Assembly: GCA_963663385.2 (NCBI GenBank)
Contig: CAXXXD010000002.1
Coordinates: forward strand, 1,248,001 to 1,312,000
DNA from: Oceanispirochaeta sp.
GTDB taxonomy: Bacteria > Spirochaetota > Spirochaetia > DSM-2461
DNA length: 64,000 nt
Reading direction: 5' to 3'
The notes below the pieces were generated by a model, which saw nothing but the letters and a program-made list of their open reading frames with translations, did not search any database and was not told where the DNA came from. Numbering within the stretch: the first letter of the stretch is position 1; each line of letters opens with the position of its first letter. Shown one piece after another: positions 44,042 to 54,586 of this stretch. Made by a program: the position numbers and the translations under genes.

Positions 44042-45820
44042 TTGAAGGAAATTCTGAATCTGTTTATGAACCAGCGGCTTCGAACAAAACTGATGTTTTC
44101 TTTTGTTCTGGCCGCTACCGTCCCTCTTCTGATCTACACCCTGGTGACTGCCGGTTACTATCTTAAAACGGCTAGGGAAACGGCGGTAGACTATACAAGA
44201 CAGATGACAAGTCAGGTTTCCGGAAGCCTCGGGATCCATATAGATGCGATTGAGGATATGGCGGATTATCTTGCTTCCCGACGGGATATCAGGACCTTTT
44301 TAAAACAGGGCGATCTGCAGGCTCCCGGATCGGCTGAAGTGCTGCAGGATGATATGGACCGTCTGCTGCAGGCTTATCCTGATATTGCCGGGATATTAAT
44401 CACCAGTCCGGAAGACCAGTGGCTGGCTTCCGGAATATCCCGATTCAGCCGGGATTCGGTTGCCGGGGCTTCCTGGTTTTATTCTGCAGTAGGGGAACCT
44501 GAAACGGCTCATATTATCAGCTCTTCCGCTGAGCGTCGGATCTTCCTGAATGACAGATTCGGCGGTGATTCCCTGTTTTATCTGATCAGGGCTGTTACGG
44601 ATGAATCCGGGGTCCTGGGGGTAATCCTCATAGACATGACCCACAAGGTTATTGAACAGGCCATAGAGAATATCTCTATTTATGAAAAGGGATTTGTTTT
44701 TGTTTATGACAGGGAGGACAGGATTGTTTATAGCCCGGTGAATGATATCGTTTACCGGGTTGATCCCGACTGGCTTCATAAGGAAAGCGGTCCCGTTACT
44801 GCAGCAATAGGAGGGGAAACGTATCAGATTGAAAGTTCTGTAATGGATCGAACCGGATGGAAGGTTATCGGTGTTTTCTCGGTCGATGAAATTCAGGGGG
44901 ACTTGAAGCAGGCTATTTATATATTGACTGCTGTCAGTATCCTCCTTATGTTCTTTTTCTTTCTGATATTTGCTTTCTTAACAAAAAGTCTGGTAGAGCC
45001 GATTTTGAATCTGCAGAATCTGATGAGTTCTGCAGCAGGCGGAAATCTCGATGTCCGTTTTTATGGGCATTATAATGATGAAGTGGGTGATCTCGGGCAG
45101 AGCTTTAATATCATGGCTGAGGAGATTAATGAGTTAATCCGGATGGTCTATCAGGAACAGCAGGAGAGGCAGGAAGCTCAGTTGAAATCCCTTCAGGAGC
45201 AGATAAAACCTCACTTTCTATATAATACACTTGATACTATCAGCTGGATGGCCCGTGGTTACAAAGCCGGTGATATTGTCTCCTTGATTAACGCTCTGAC
45301 AACGATGTTCCGTGTTGGACTCAGTCAAGGATTGGATATTATCTCTCTAAGAGATGAGCTGTCTCATGCATCCAACTACCTGTATATTCAGGGAATCCGC
45401 TACAGTGAAAAAATACGCTACAGGATTGATGTCCCCGATGAACTGCTGGATTTAACAGTGCCCAAGCTGATTCTTCAGCCTTTAATTGAAAATGCCATCT
45501 ATCACGGCCTGAAAGCCAAAGATGAAGGTGGAACAATAAAGATTGGAGGTTCAAAGGAAGAGAACGTTCTGATTCTGACAGTGGAAGATGATGGTTTGGG
45601 TATTTCACCCGACAAGCTGAAACAGATTCGACGGACTCTGAATAGTGAAGAAAAACGGGATAGTTTTGGTCTTTTTTATGTGAGTGATCGTATCCGACTT
45701 CATTGCGGAGAGCATTACGGTATCACCGTGGAGAGTGATGAGAATATCCGGACTGTTCTTACTCTGCGCTTACCCCTGAAAAAAACCGGAGGAGGTCCTT
45801 TATGTATAAGGCAATTGTAG
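44042..45820 (+). CDS. YesM/LytS-type sensor histidine kinase (Cache, HAMP)
   Basis: LQEQIKPHFLYNTL, LQPLIENAIYHG, DDGLG; two TM segments; start uncertain. Confidence 0.9.
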   Translation: MKEILNLFMNQRLRTKLMFSFVLAATVPLLIYTLVTAGYYLKTARETAVDYTRQMTSQVSGSLGIHIDAIEDMADYLASRRDIRTFLKQGDLQAPGSAEVLQDDMDRLLQAYPDIAGILITSPEDQWLASGISRFSRDSVAGASWFYSAVGEPETAHIISSSAERRIFLNDRFGGDSLFYLIRAVTDESGVLGVILIDMTHKVIEQAIENISIYEKGFVFVYDREDRIVYSPVNDIVYRVDPDWLHKESGPVTAAIGGETYQIESSVMDRTGWKVIGVFSVDEIQGDLKQAIYILTAVSILLMFFFFLIFAFLTKSLVEPILNLQNLMSSAAGGNLDVRFYGHYNDEVGDLGQSFNIMAEEINELIRMVYQEQQERQEAQLKSLQEQIKPHFLYNTLDTISWMARGYKAGDIVSLINALTTMFRVGLSQGLDIISLRDELSHASNYLYIQGIRYSEKIRYRIDVPDELLDLTVPKLILQPLIENAIYHGLKAKDEGGTIKIGGSKEENVLILTVEDDGLGISPDKLKQIRRTLNSEEKRDSFGLFYVSDRIRLHCGEHYGITVESDENIRTVLTLRLPLKKTGGGPLCIRQL

Positions 45821-46974
45821 CTGATGATGAGGATATTATACGAAAGGGAATTGTCAGTTTTCTGGAGGAGGATCCGGAAATCTGTGTTGTTGCGGATGCG
45901 GCGGATGGAATAGCTGCTCTTAATCAGGCCAGACGATATAGTCCCGATATAATTTTTGTAGATATCAATATGCCCAAGATGGACGGTCTGGAACTGATTC
46001 AGAAACTGAATGAGCTGGATAAGGATATTCTGGTGATTGTTATAACGGGTTATTCAGATTTTACATATGCTCAGAAGGCTCTGAGGCTGGGTGTATTTGA
46101 TCTCTTTCTGAAACCTGTAATGGAGGACCCTTTCTATGAGACTTTAGGTAAGGCCAAGACTTCCCTGGCTGATAACCGGAAACAGAATGCCCTGGCCAGG
46201 CAGCTAAGGAAGAGTGCGGATTATATTGTGGAGCGTTGTCTGAATCTGAACGCTCTGGGAATTATGTCCGATGAGGCTTGTTTAAAAGAGCTGACATATC
46301 TTGCGGAAGAACCGGTTTCCCGATGGAATCTCCTGTTTTTCTATCCCGGAAGAGTGCAGGAAGATGATGATACAGGAATCAGCCGGTTGGGGGATGAAGA
46401 GATTCCCCACTATATTCGGCGTAGTGTAAAAGATGCTCTGGAAGGGGATGCCCTCCGGATCAGTTTTATATCAAGGGACGGATACGCTGTTTTTATCGGA
46501 CCGGTGCAGGACCAGGGCGTGTTAAAAAAAATCATCCGGGATCTGTCGCTTCCGGTTGAGGTCTATCAGTGTACCCTGACGTCCCTGGATGATATACCGC
46601 GTCTGTATAGGGAATCCCTTGATAAAATAGCCGGTTTATCCAGTTTTTCCCCGGCTATACAGTCCTCGATCAGTTATATCAGGGATCATTATCGAGATCC
46701 CCTTCTTTCTCTGGCAAGGCTTAGTGAGGTTTGCCATATCAGTCCGGGGTATCTGGGAAGGCTTTTTAAACAGGAGCTTCACAGTACACCCATGGATTAT
46801 CTGAGCCGGTACAGAATAGATAAGGCGGCAGCCCTCCTGACTAACCCCGATTTGAAAATCTATGAAGTGGCGGAACAGGTTGGATTTACCAGTCAGCACT
46901 ATTTCTGCCATGCTTTTAAAAAGATTATGGGGCAACCTCCGAAAGAGTACAGAAAGGAGCTTACGGTTATATGA
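45802..46974 (+). CDS. YesN-type response regulator (receiver plus AraC HTH)
   Basis: ADDE, DINMPKMDG, YLGRLFKQ, VAEQVGF...YFCHAFKK. Confidence 0.9.
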   Translation: MYKAIVADDEDIIRKGIVSFLEEDPEICVVADAADGIAALNQARRYSPDIIFVDINMPKMDGLELIQKLNELDKDILVIVITGYSDFTYAQKALRLGVFDLFLKPVMEDPFYETLGKAKTSLADNRKQNALARQLRKSADYIVERCLNLNALGIMSDEACLKELTYLAEEPVSRWNLLFFYPGRVQEDDDTGISRLGDEEIPHYIRRSVKDALEGDALRISFISRDGYAVFIGPVQDQGVLKKIIRDLSLPVEVYQCTLTSLDDIPRLYRESLDKIAGLSSFSPAIQSSISYIRDHYRDPLLSLARLSEVCHISPGYLGRLFKQELHSTPMDYLSRYRIDKAAALLTNPDLKIYEVAEQVGFTSQHYFCHAFKKIMGQPPKEYRKELTVI

Positions 46975-48833
46975 ATCTGAAACAAACGTTACTCTTTATC
47001 TGCTGTATCATTCTGTTTTTCTCCTGTCGGCAGGATAGGGAGGAGGTCGAGTTTCTTATCGGTGTGTCCAACTCCAGTATGCAGGAACAGTGGCGGGTTG
47101 TACTGAATCGTGAACTGAAGGAGGAAGCTGACAGACTGGATAATGTATCAATTGTGTTTGCAGATGCCGCATCCAGTGCGGATAAGCAGATATTCGATAT
47201 TGATCGTCTGATGGGATACGGTATTGATCTGCTGATTGTTTCACCCAGTGATACGGCCCGGCTTGCTGCCGTAATCAGTGATGTGTATCAGAAAATTCCT
47301 GTTATTATTCTGGATCGGGTCGTAGATGGTTTTGATTATACCCTGTTTATCGGTCCGGATAATGAGAACATCGGCCGTCTGGGCGGTAGAGCGCTGAATA
47401 CCGTATTGGGTGAAGACGGCGGGTATGTTCTGGAAGTATCCATGCCCGGGGAATTGTTGACAAGCCGCGGTAGAAGCCGGGGCCTTCGCCGGGAACTGGA
47501 TAAGAAATTCCCGGGTATCCATATTCTTGATACACTCTACACGGATTCGGACTTGAGAAAGGATGCCAAAGATCAGGCGGAAGATCTCCTTGTTGAATTT
47601 GAAAAGGAAAACCATTTATTAAAGGATATTGATGCCATCTATACCCATAGTGACGGCCTTTCTCTAGGGGTCTCCCGGGCTCTGATCCGCCTTGAACGTA
47701 CAGATATACCCGTTATCGGAACTGACGGATATGAGGGGGAAAACGGCGGACTGGAAATGCTTAGAAAAGGTCTTGTCCGGGAAGTTGTGGTCAGCAGTAC
47801 AGGGGGCCGTGAAGCCATGCGTTATGCCATGGATATCCTTAACAGAAAAAGCGGAGTTCCCAAGCAGGTAATTTTAAAAAGCCGCATCGTTACAAAGAAT
47901 ACTCTGGATGAGTATTACTCCGATCTGAACCGGAAGCTGCGTAAAATTGATCATCCAATCCGTCTTGGTTATTCTCAGGTGGGAAGCGAAAGCCAATGGC
48001 GCATCAGCAATACAAAATCTATTATTCAGGCAGCCAAGGAATTTGGAATTGAACTGCTCTACAGGGACGCCGATCAGGATCAGGAGAGACAGAAAGAGCA
48101 TCTAAGGGAGTTTATCACAGAAGGAGTGGATGTCATACTTCTCTCTCCCATTGTAGAAGACGGGTACAATCAGGTTCTGGAAGATGCAAAAAGAGCGGGT
48201 ATTCCGGTTCTGTTATCCGATCGCAAAGTGGATACGGGAGATGAGGAGTTGTACTCTACATTTATCGGGGGAGATTTCAAAGAGGAGGGACGGAGGGCCG
48301 CCCGGTGGATCCTTTCTGAATATTTAGATGATCCGGCTGATATTCTGGAGCTGCAGGGTACTCCGGGAGCAACTCCTACTGTTGAAAGACGGGAAGGGTT
48401 TCTCGACATTATTGAAAATCAGAACATTCATGTAATCAGGGCATCTCTTTTGGGGAATTATACATACGCGGCAGGATACAGTTTGACCGCCGATTACCTT
48501 TCCAGATCCGGATTGTCTTCGGTTGATGTGATTTTCGCTCACAATGACGATATGATTATTGGCGCTATAGATGCAGTAAAGGAAGCCGGCCTGAAGCCCG
48601 GATCGGATATAAAATTTGTTTCCATAGACGGGACAAAAGATGCCATGATCGCCCTGGATAAAGGGGAGATGAATTTTCTTGTGGAGTGTACGCCTCTGCT
48701 TGGCAATCAGGTGATGAGGGCTGTTACGGATCTGATGGAAGGAAAAAGTCTTCCCATGCGGATTGTTACCGATGAACGGACTTTTACCCCGGAACAGGTT
48801 ACTGAATCCCTTATCAGGAGTCGTACCTATTAA
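46971..48833 (+). CDS. Lipoprotein with two tandem periplasmic sugar-binding domains
   Basis: Lipobox FFSC; domain 1 IGVSNS...FIGPDN; domain 2 GYSQVGSESQWR...AHNDDM...VECTPLLG. Confidence 0.85.
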   Translation: MNLKQTLLFICCIILFFSCRQDREEVEFLIGVSNSSMQEQWRVVLNRELKEEADRLDNVSIVFADAASSADKQIFDIDRLMGYGIDLLIVSPSDTARLAAVISDVYQKIPVIILDRVVDGFDYTLFIGPDNENIGRLGGRALNTVLGEDGGYVLEVSMPGELLTSRGRSRGLRRELDKKFPGIHILDTLYTDSDLRKDAKDQAEDLLVEFEKENHLLKDIDAIYTHSDGLSLGVSRALIRLERTDIPVIGTDGYEGENGGLEMLRKGLVREVVVSSTGGREAMRYAMDILNRKSGVPKQVILKSRIVTKNTLDEYYSDLNRKLRKIDHPIRLGYSQVGSESQWRISNTKSIIQAAKEFGIELLYRDADQDQERQKEHLREFITEGVDVILLSPIVEDGYNQVLEDAKRAGIPVLLSDRKVDTGDEELYSTFIGGDFKEEGRRAARWILSEYLDDPADILELQGTPGATPTVERREGFLDIIENQNIHVIRASLLGNYTYAAGYSLTADYLSRSGLSSVDVIFAHNDDMIIGAIDAVKEAGLKPGSDIKFVSIDGTKDAMIALDKGEMNFLVECTPLLGNQVMRAVTDLMEGKSLPMRIVTDERTFTPEQVTESLIRSRTY

Positions 48834-48976
48834 GTGGAATCTTTCCGTGACTGGGGCTGAAGCTGATACGAGGGAAACCGTTTTATTAATCCATTTGTGA
48901 TAATCTCTACGGGCAGTTCCTGTAAAAATCCCTTATAATTCAAGTTGGAAAAGTGATTTGAATCGGGAGGTGTGCT

Positions 48977-49345
48977 GTGAAACATCATACAATGGATAAT
49001 CTGATCAAGCTGGAAGAGGTCGGGCTCTTTATTCTGACCATCTACCTTTTCAGCCTTCTGAAATACCCCTGGTGGCTCTTTCCCCTGGTACTGTTTCTAC
49101 CGGATGTGAGTATTCTGGGCTATATGGCCAGTGATATTACAGGGGCCTATATCTATAATTTCCTGCATCACCGGGGCATTGCCGTTATTGTTTATCTCGC
49201 CGGGATCCTGACATCCCAACCGGTTATGGCTCTGATCGGACTGATTATTTTTGCCCACTCTTCACTGGACAGGATATTCGGTTACGGGATGAAGCATACA
49301 AGCGGGTTTAAGGATACCCATCTGGGAAAGATAGGGAAGGGCTGA
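48977..49345 (+). CDS. DUF4260 family membrane protein
   Basis: LFLPDVSILGY, YNFLHH, AHSSLDRIFGYGMK...FKDTHLG. Confidence 0.85.
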   Translation: MKHHTMDNLIKLEEVGLFILTIYLFSLLKYPWWLFPLVLFLPDVSILGYMASDITGAYIYNFLHHRGIAVIVYLAGILTSQPVMALIGLIIFAHSSLDRIFGYGMKHTSGFKDTHLGKIGKG

Positions 49346-49376
49346 CCCCGGAGAAGGTTCCTGATAAAATAGGGGC

Positions 49377-50213
49377 ATGAGTAAAACTGATTCAGCCCTG
49401 ATGCTGCCCAAAATAATAGCTGTCGATCTGGACGGCACCCTTCTGAGAAGTGACCACTCCATCTCGGATTATACGGTGGAAACATTAAAAAAAATGGAAG
49501 GACTGGGTTGTATCCCCGTTATCAGTACGGGACGCAGTTATGAAGCCCTGTCACATATAAAAGATCGGCTGGGACTCCAGTCACCTGTTATCTGCTATAA
49601 CGGCGCTATGATCTGTGATGGTCGAAATGGTAAGATCCTTCATGAAAAACGGCTTCCTTCGGATATTTCCCGGGAGGTGCTTCATACCTGCCGGGAACGG
49701 GGAATCCATTTTCAGGGGTTCAGCGGCGGGCAGCTCTATTACGAGAAGAAAAGGGAAGAGACCGATTTTTATGAAGCCCATACCGGTTTAAGCGGCGTGA
49801 CAGTAAACTTTGATAGCTGGGATAATCTGGAATTTACCAAAGTCCTGCTGATCGGTTCTCCCGCAAGGGCAAGTCGGGAATGGCCGGAACTCCTTCAGAT
49901 TCAAAGAGAAGTGAAAGAACGATTCGGGGACAGGATTTACACAGCCTTTTCCCGTGCCATGTATCTGGAAATGATCCACGGGGACAGTTCCAAAGGGCAT
50001 GCCCTGAAGCAGCTTGGAGAAGATCTCGGGGCGAAACAGAGTGATATCATGGCATTCGGAGACGGGTTTAATGACCTTGAGATGCTGCAGTATGCGGGCG
50101 TTTCGGTAGCCATGGCGAATGCTCCGGATGGTTTGAAGGAACAGACTACCCATACAACCGTATCCAATGATGAAGACGGCCTAGCCGTTTTTCTGGAGGA
50201 GCATTTTCTTTAA
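49377..50213 (+). CDS. Cof-type HAD-IIB hydrolase
   Basis: DLDGTLL, STGR, YNGA, SKG, FGDGFNDLEML; TGaTAAAAT 6 nt before ATG. Confidence 0.92.
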   Translation: MSKTDSALMLPKIIAVDLDGTLLRSDHSISDYTVETLKKMEGLGCIPVISTGRSYEALSHIKDRLGLQSPVICYNGAMICDGRNGKILHEKRLPSDISREVLHTCRERGIHFQGFSGGQLYYEKKREETDFYEAHTGLSGVTVNFDSWDNLEFTKVLLIGSPARASREWPELLQIQREVKERFGDRIYTAFSRAMYLEMIHGDSSKGHALKQLGEDLGAKQSDIMAFGDGFNDLEMLQYAGVSVAMANAPDGLKEQTTHTTVSNDEDGLAVFLEEHFL

Positions 50214-50256
50214 TACTTCTCTATAGAATGACCGGTGAAACAAAAAAGAACGTTTA

Positions 50257-51549
50257 TTATGTATCAATGATGATATAGGCCGATACACCAATATTATTTT
50301 TAAAAAAATTGATATCAATCCAGATGTATCCGTCATTAGCCCAGTCTGTTCCCCAGCTGTTCATTGTTTTAAAACCATAGGTTTCATCGTATCCGGTAAT
50401 ACACATGGCATGGCAACCGTAGGCCGTATCGAATGAGTTCCAAACATATTCGTTGAGTGTATTTTTTATAGATGGATAACAGAAGGTCGTATCTGTCAGA
50501 ACAGAAACTATTATGGGATATCCGGAGTCCAGATAGTCTTTCATCAGCTGAATTTCACTATCCGTAAATGTATAATAATTCTGATTAATCCTGTAGTAGT
50601 TTTCAATCTTATAATTACCGGCATTTGCTATAGCTGTACTGCTTGGTTGGGTCAGGTAATCATCATCGCTATAGGGCATATCCTCCCAGGTACAAATCCC
50701 TGTATTCATTAGTAAATCTAAAGCCTTTGTAATAGAAGAACCCTCATCCTTTCCACCATTAATCTGATTGTAGATAAAAGCCGGGCTGAATATATGATCA
50801 TATTTATAGGTAAAATCTCCTGCACAGTCCTGATAACCCAGGTTCCATGCTCTGTTCTTCTTTTCAAAGTAACTTTTTGCCGCAAAACCTATGGCCCATG
50901 CCGTACAGCTTCCCTGTTGTCCCTGACTGGAAGGGATGGGAAAAGAGCTGCTTTCAATCAGGGAACGGTTTAATAATGCTCTTGTATTATCAACTTCAAC
51001 TTGCGGGGCTATGGGAATATTATTAAAAACGTCTATTGGAGGATCAATACACCCTGTCGAGTAAACATTTTCTGAGAATTCTCCTCTGTTTAATTGCCTT
51101 CCCGTATTGGGGATAGTCTCCGGGTAGTATTCCTTTTCTGTATCGATAAAGTTGATAGAAATAGATTTATCCGAATCCATAATCAGGGATGCCTTTGTAT
51201 CATCAATAACCAGAAGATCTCCATTATTCCATCCGGAAATGTTATTTTCCCAACCACAGAAGCAAATCCCTTCTCCTGAAGTAATTTGTATGGTTATTTC
51301 TTCCCCTTTCTCATATTCTTCTTTTTCTGGAGTGATATTATAAGAACCAATCCCCTCACTTTGGTTCCCAATAGAAAGTGTATAGGTCGGAAATAATCCA
51401 CAATCTTTACTGACTGACTGAAAACTATTTGCTGATTGATCTTTATTTTCGTTTTGAAACAGTTCACAGGAAATCAGTTGTATGAATGTGATCCATACAA
51501 GAATTGTGATTATTATAGAAGTGTGTTTAAGGGATTTTATTCTTTTCAT
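50257..51549 (-). CDS. C1 (papain-like) cysteine peptidase lipoprotein
   Basis: QGQQGSCTAWA, FSPAFIYNQ, CHAMCITGYD, MNSWGTDWANDGY; lipobox-like LISC. Confidence 0.88.
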   Translation of the reverse strand: MKRIKSLKHTSIIITILVWITFIQLISCELFQNENKDQSANSFQSVSKDCGLFPTYTLSIGNQSEGIGSYNITPEKEEYEKGEEITIQITSGEGICFCGWENNISGWNNGDLLVIDDTKASLIMDSDKSISINFIDTEKEYYPETIPNTGRQLNRGEFSENVYSTGCIDPPIDVFNNIPIAPQVEVDNTRALLNRSLIESSSFPIPSSQGQQGSCTAWAIGFAAKSYFEKKNRAWNLGYQDCAGDFTYKYDHIFSPAFIYNQINGGKDEGSSITKALDLLMNTGICTWEDMPYSDDDYLTQPSSTAIANAGNYKIENYYRINQNYYTFTDSEIQLMKDYLDSGYPIIVSVLTDTTFCYPSIKNTLNEYVWNSFDTAYGCHAMCITGYDETYGFKTMNSWGTDWANDGYIWIDINFFKNNIGVSAYIIIDT

Positions 51550-51631
51550 GTTTAATCCTGTAAAATATCTAAAAATAGATCAGATGCAGTTCTATTTTAA
51601 ACAGCAATTATCTATTTGTGAATAATTAGAA

Positions 51632-51868
51632 CTAATAATTCACATCTTCCGGGTAGCGGTGTCTGATGATATCCAGGACCCGGAGCATATCCACCTGGTA
51701 TTTTGAGAATACATTTATCTCTTCGTGGAGCTCCATCAGGTCCCTTCCCTGAGAAACCCCTTCCATAACATACTTAAGCTCAAAGTTGGAGAGAAGGTGT
51801 GAGATCTGCTGCCAGGTGGCCATCTGGACTTCCCTGTTCTGATTGATAATCCATTCCTGAATAGTCAT
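51632..51868 (-). CDS. Small hypothetical protein
   Basis: 78-aa helical-looking ORF with GGAGG upstream. Confidence 0.55.
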   Translation of the reverse strand: MTIQEWIINQNREVQMATWQQISHLLSNFELKYVMEGVSQGRDLMELHEEINVFSKYQVDMLRVLDIIRHRYPEDVNY

Positions 51869-52070
51869 GGCTTAGAAGCATACCTCCATTTTCAGGGAGA
51901 GTACAATCCCCAGGTTCTATAATATCCATAGGCTCGGATGAATCGATCATCTCTTTATCCGGAGTCTTCATACCTCCGCCGGCATTAAATTTATTTTTGG
52001 CCATTCTATTCATCCCCGTTAATAATTGGCTTATGGTAAAGTATAGAATATAAAATCAAAGGATAAATAG

Positions 52071-52565
52071 ATGATTCCCGATTCTTTTTTAGAAGGCTTT
52101 ACAGAGCTGTGTATTGATGCTTCCAGTATTATCTACCTCCTGAAGTCAGGATTGCTGGGTTCTCTGAGTGCGGAAGTCTCTCTTGTTTCCACTCCTCAGG
52201 TAAGGGATGAAACCGGTTGGCCCCATCTTCCTGTAGAGGCTCTTCCTCTGGATGAGTCCAGATTTCCCGCGGGATCTCTCAGTAATGACGACAGCCTTGT
52301 TGCCCTTGCGGTCGAACGCCGCAGTCCCGTGCTGTCAGAGGACTATGAAATCCTTATGAATGCAAAGGAAGCCGGTCTTGAATATTATAACACCCTGATG
52401 ATGCTGAATTATCTCCTGTTAAAGGGAAGGATTGCACCGGATGAGTATCCCGAATACCTTGAACGACTGAAAGAGTGCTCCCACTACAGTTCTCATGTAC
52501 TCGAACAGGGGAATCTTGTCTATAAGGATATCCTTCAATATATTGGTAGGAATGCACGATCCTGA
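52071..52565 (+). CDS. PIN-domain-like protein
   Basis: CIDASSII, V-x-x-E, SNDD, VLSED acidic pattern typical of PIN folds. Confidence 0.55.
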   Translation: MIPDSFLEGFTELCIDASSIIYLLKSGLLGSLSAEVSLVSTPQVRDETGWPHLPVEALPLDESRFPAGSLSNDDSLVALAVERRSPVLSEDYEILMNAKEAGLEYYNTLMMLNYLLLKGRIAPDEYPEYLERLKECSHYSSHVLEQGNLVYKDILQYIGRNARS

Positions 52566-53895
52566 AACAATCTTTGAATCCGATTCCATCAACCGTCTCC
52601 TTCTGAAAATGTCCATTCCCGCTACAATCGGAATGATTGTCAACGCCCTGTACAATCTTGTGGATACGATCTTTGTCGGCCGAGGAGTGGGCGCGATGGG
52701 GATAGCCGGCCTTACCATTGCTCTGCCTGTTCAGATGATTATTGGGGCTGTCGGGATTACCCTGGGATCGGGAGCCGCTTCCGTTATTTCACGCCGCCTG
52801 GGAGAAAAACGGCAGGATGATGCGGCGCGTACGGCAGTAACGGCCTTTACACTCAGTTTCCTGTTCAGCTTCTTTATTTTTGCTGCAGGAGAAATCTTCA
52901 TTGATCCCATGCTGAGAATTTTCGGCGCCACCGAGTCCATACTGCCCCATGCCCGCTCCTACATGCGGATTATATTGATAGGGGCTTATTTTCTTTCATC
53001 GTCCATGGTTGGAAATAACATAACCAGAGCGGAAGGTCAGCCTAAAATTGCCATGCTGACCATGATTATCGGGGCGGGAATGAACATTATTCTGGATCCG
53101 ATTTTTATTTTCGCCCTGAAAATGGGAATACAGGGCGCTGCCCTGGCCACTATTATCAGCCAGTTTTTCTCCTACCTTTTTGTGATGCGCTTCCTCCTGA
53201 CCGGAAGAAGTCATCTCCCCCTGAAACTCCGTTATCTGAAACCGAAAGGGAGTCTTGTTTCGGAAATTCTGCTTCTGGGTCTGCCGACTTTTATTCGTCA
53301 GGCCGGGATGAGTCTGCTGGCACTTGTTATCAATAATGTGCTTAAGCACTACGGGGGGGATCTGGGGATTGCCTCCTACGGGATGCTGAATCGCCTTTTT
53401 ATGTTTACCCTGATGCCTATTTTCGGTATTGTCCATGGCTATCAGCCGATTGCCGGATACAGTTATGGAGCCAGGCGGCTGGACAGGCTGGAAGAAGTGA
53501 ATAAAAAGGCCATGCAGATTACTTCATTCATGTCCCTGATCGGCTTTCTGTTTCTGGAGGGAGGGGCCCGGATCCTTATATCCGTATTTACGAAAGACAA
53601 TGCTCTTATTGCTATGGCAGTACCTGCTTTGCGTATCGCCAGTCTCTGCATCTGGCTTCTGGGATTTCAGGTTATCGGTTCCACCTATTTTCTCAGTATT
53701 GGAAAGGCATTGCCCGCTTTTATGCTCGGACTGTCCCGTCAGTTCTTTTTTCTCATACCACTCGTCATATTTCTACCCCGGTTTTTTCAGCTTCGGGGGG
53801 TCTGGATCGCCATGCCTGCTGCGGATCTGCTCTCCACATCTGTTACGCTTATCTGGTTTCTCCACTCCTGGAAGAATCTTAAAAAAGGAGAGTAG
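52552..53895 (+). CDS. MATE family efflux transporter (MepA-like)
   Basis: LYNLVDTIFVG, NIILDPIFIF, GIQGAALAT, QPIAGYSYGA; start set to ATG 52552. Confidence 0.92.
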   Translation: MHDPETIFESDSINRLLLKMSIPATIGMIVNALYNLVDTIFVGRGVGAMGIAGLTIALPVQMIIGAVGITLGSGAASVISRRLGEKRQDDAARTAVTAFTLSFLFSFFIFAAGEIFIDPMLRIFGATESILPHARSYMRIILIGAYFLSSSMVGNNITRAEGQPKIAMLTMIIGAGMNIILDPIFIFALKMGIQGAALATIISQFFSYLFVMRFLLTGRSHLPLKLRYLKPKGSLVSEILLLGLPTFIRQAGMSLLALVINNVLKHYGGDLGIASYGMLNRLFMFTLMPIFGIVHGYQPIAGYSYGARRLDRLEEVNKKAMQITSFMSLIGFLFLEGGARILISVFTKDNALIAMAVPALRIASLCIWLLGFQVIGSTYFLSIGKALPAFMLGLSRQFFFLIPLVIFLPRFFQLRGVWIAMPAADLLSTSVTLIWFLHSWKNLKKGE

Positions 53896-54007
53896 GCTGT
53901 TTGGTAGAATCATTAAAAAAACAGGAGATTTTTTAAATCCCTACTGGATAAAGATGCCTTTTTAACCGAATATAAAAAAAACTTTAAAACAGAAACAGGA
54001 GAACAAT

Positions 54008-54496
54008 ATGAATAATAAAATCTTAGTTCTGGCAGTACTGGCGCTTCTATTAGTCCCGGCTGCCGCATTTTCGGCCACCGGACTGGGTGCCGCCTATACA
54101 TTCGGTCTGAATAATGGTGATAACAGTACCGGTGCCGCTCTGTCAATTAATACACCGGCTATACCCGGTACGGTTCAGACCCTCCGATTCACTTTCAGCG
54201 GAGATGATTACTTCAGTTTTGCCCTGGCAGATGACTGGTGGGTGATTCAGGAAAATATTTCCGGATCTCTGGATTTCTATATCGGTCTGGGATTTTTCGC
54301 AGGTATAACATCTGTTGACGATACAACTGATTTCAGTCTGGGAGGCCGGATCCCTGTGGGGCTCAGTATGATGCCCCTGGATTTTGCCGAACTCTTTGCA
54401 GAGATTACTCCGGCGATGGGTCTGGGATTCGAACCCGAATTATACTTTCCCTCCTGGTCCGTACAGGGTGCTGTAGGTTTCCGTATCTGGTTCTGA
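54008..54496 (+). CDS. Small outer membrane beta-barrel protein (DUF3996-like)
   Basis: Signal peptide, alternating strands, GGRIPVGL, ELFAEITP, C-terminal GFRIWF. Confidence 0.65.
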   Translation: MNNKILVLAVLALLLVPAAAFSATGLGAAYTFGLNNGDNSTGAALSINTPAIPGTVQTLRFTFSGDDYFSFALADDWWVIQENISGSLDFYIGLGFFAGITSVDDTTDFSLGGRIPVGLSMMPLDFAELFAEITPAMGLGFEPELYFPSWSVQGAVGFRIWF

Positions 54497-54545
54497 TCAG
54501 ATGTCCGAAATGACATGATTTCCCGAATCTGCTGACAGATTTAAC

Positions 54546-54586
54546 GGCTTGTTTCTATCCCTCGGGTAGAACAGGCCTTTTTTTTT
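54546..54586 (+). terminator. Intrinsic terminator
   Basis: GGCTTGTTTCTATCC-CTC-GGGTAGAACAGGCC plus T9. Confidence 0.8.

Noticed and set aside
51780..52013. 77-aa minus-strand ORF
   Set aside because: Overlaps the better 78-aa ORF in another frame; no recognisable features; cannot be fully excluded
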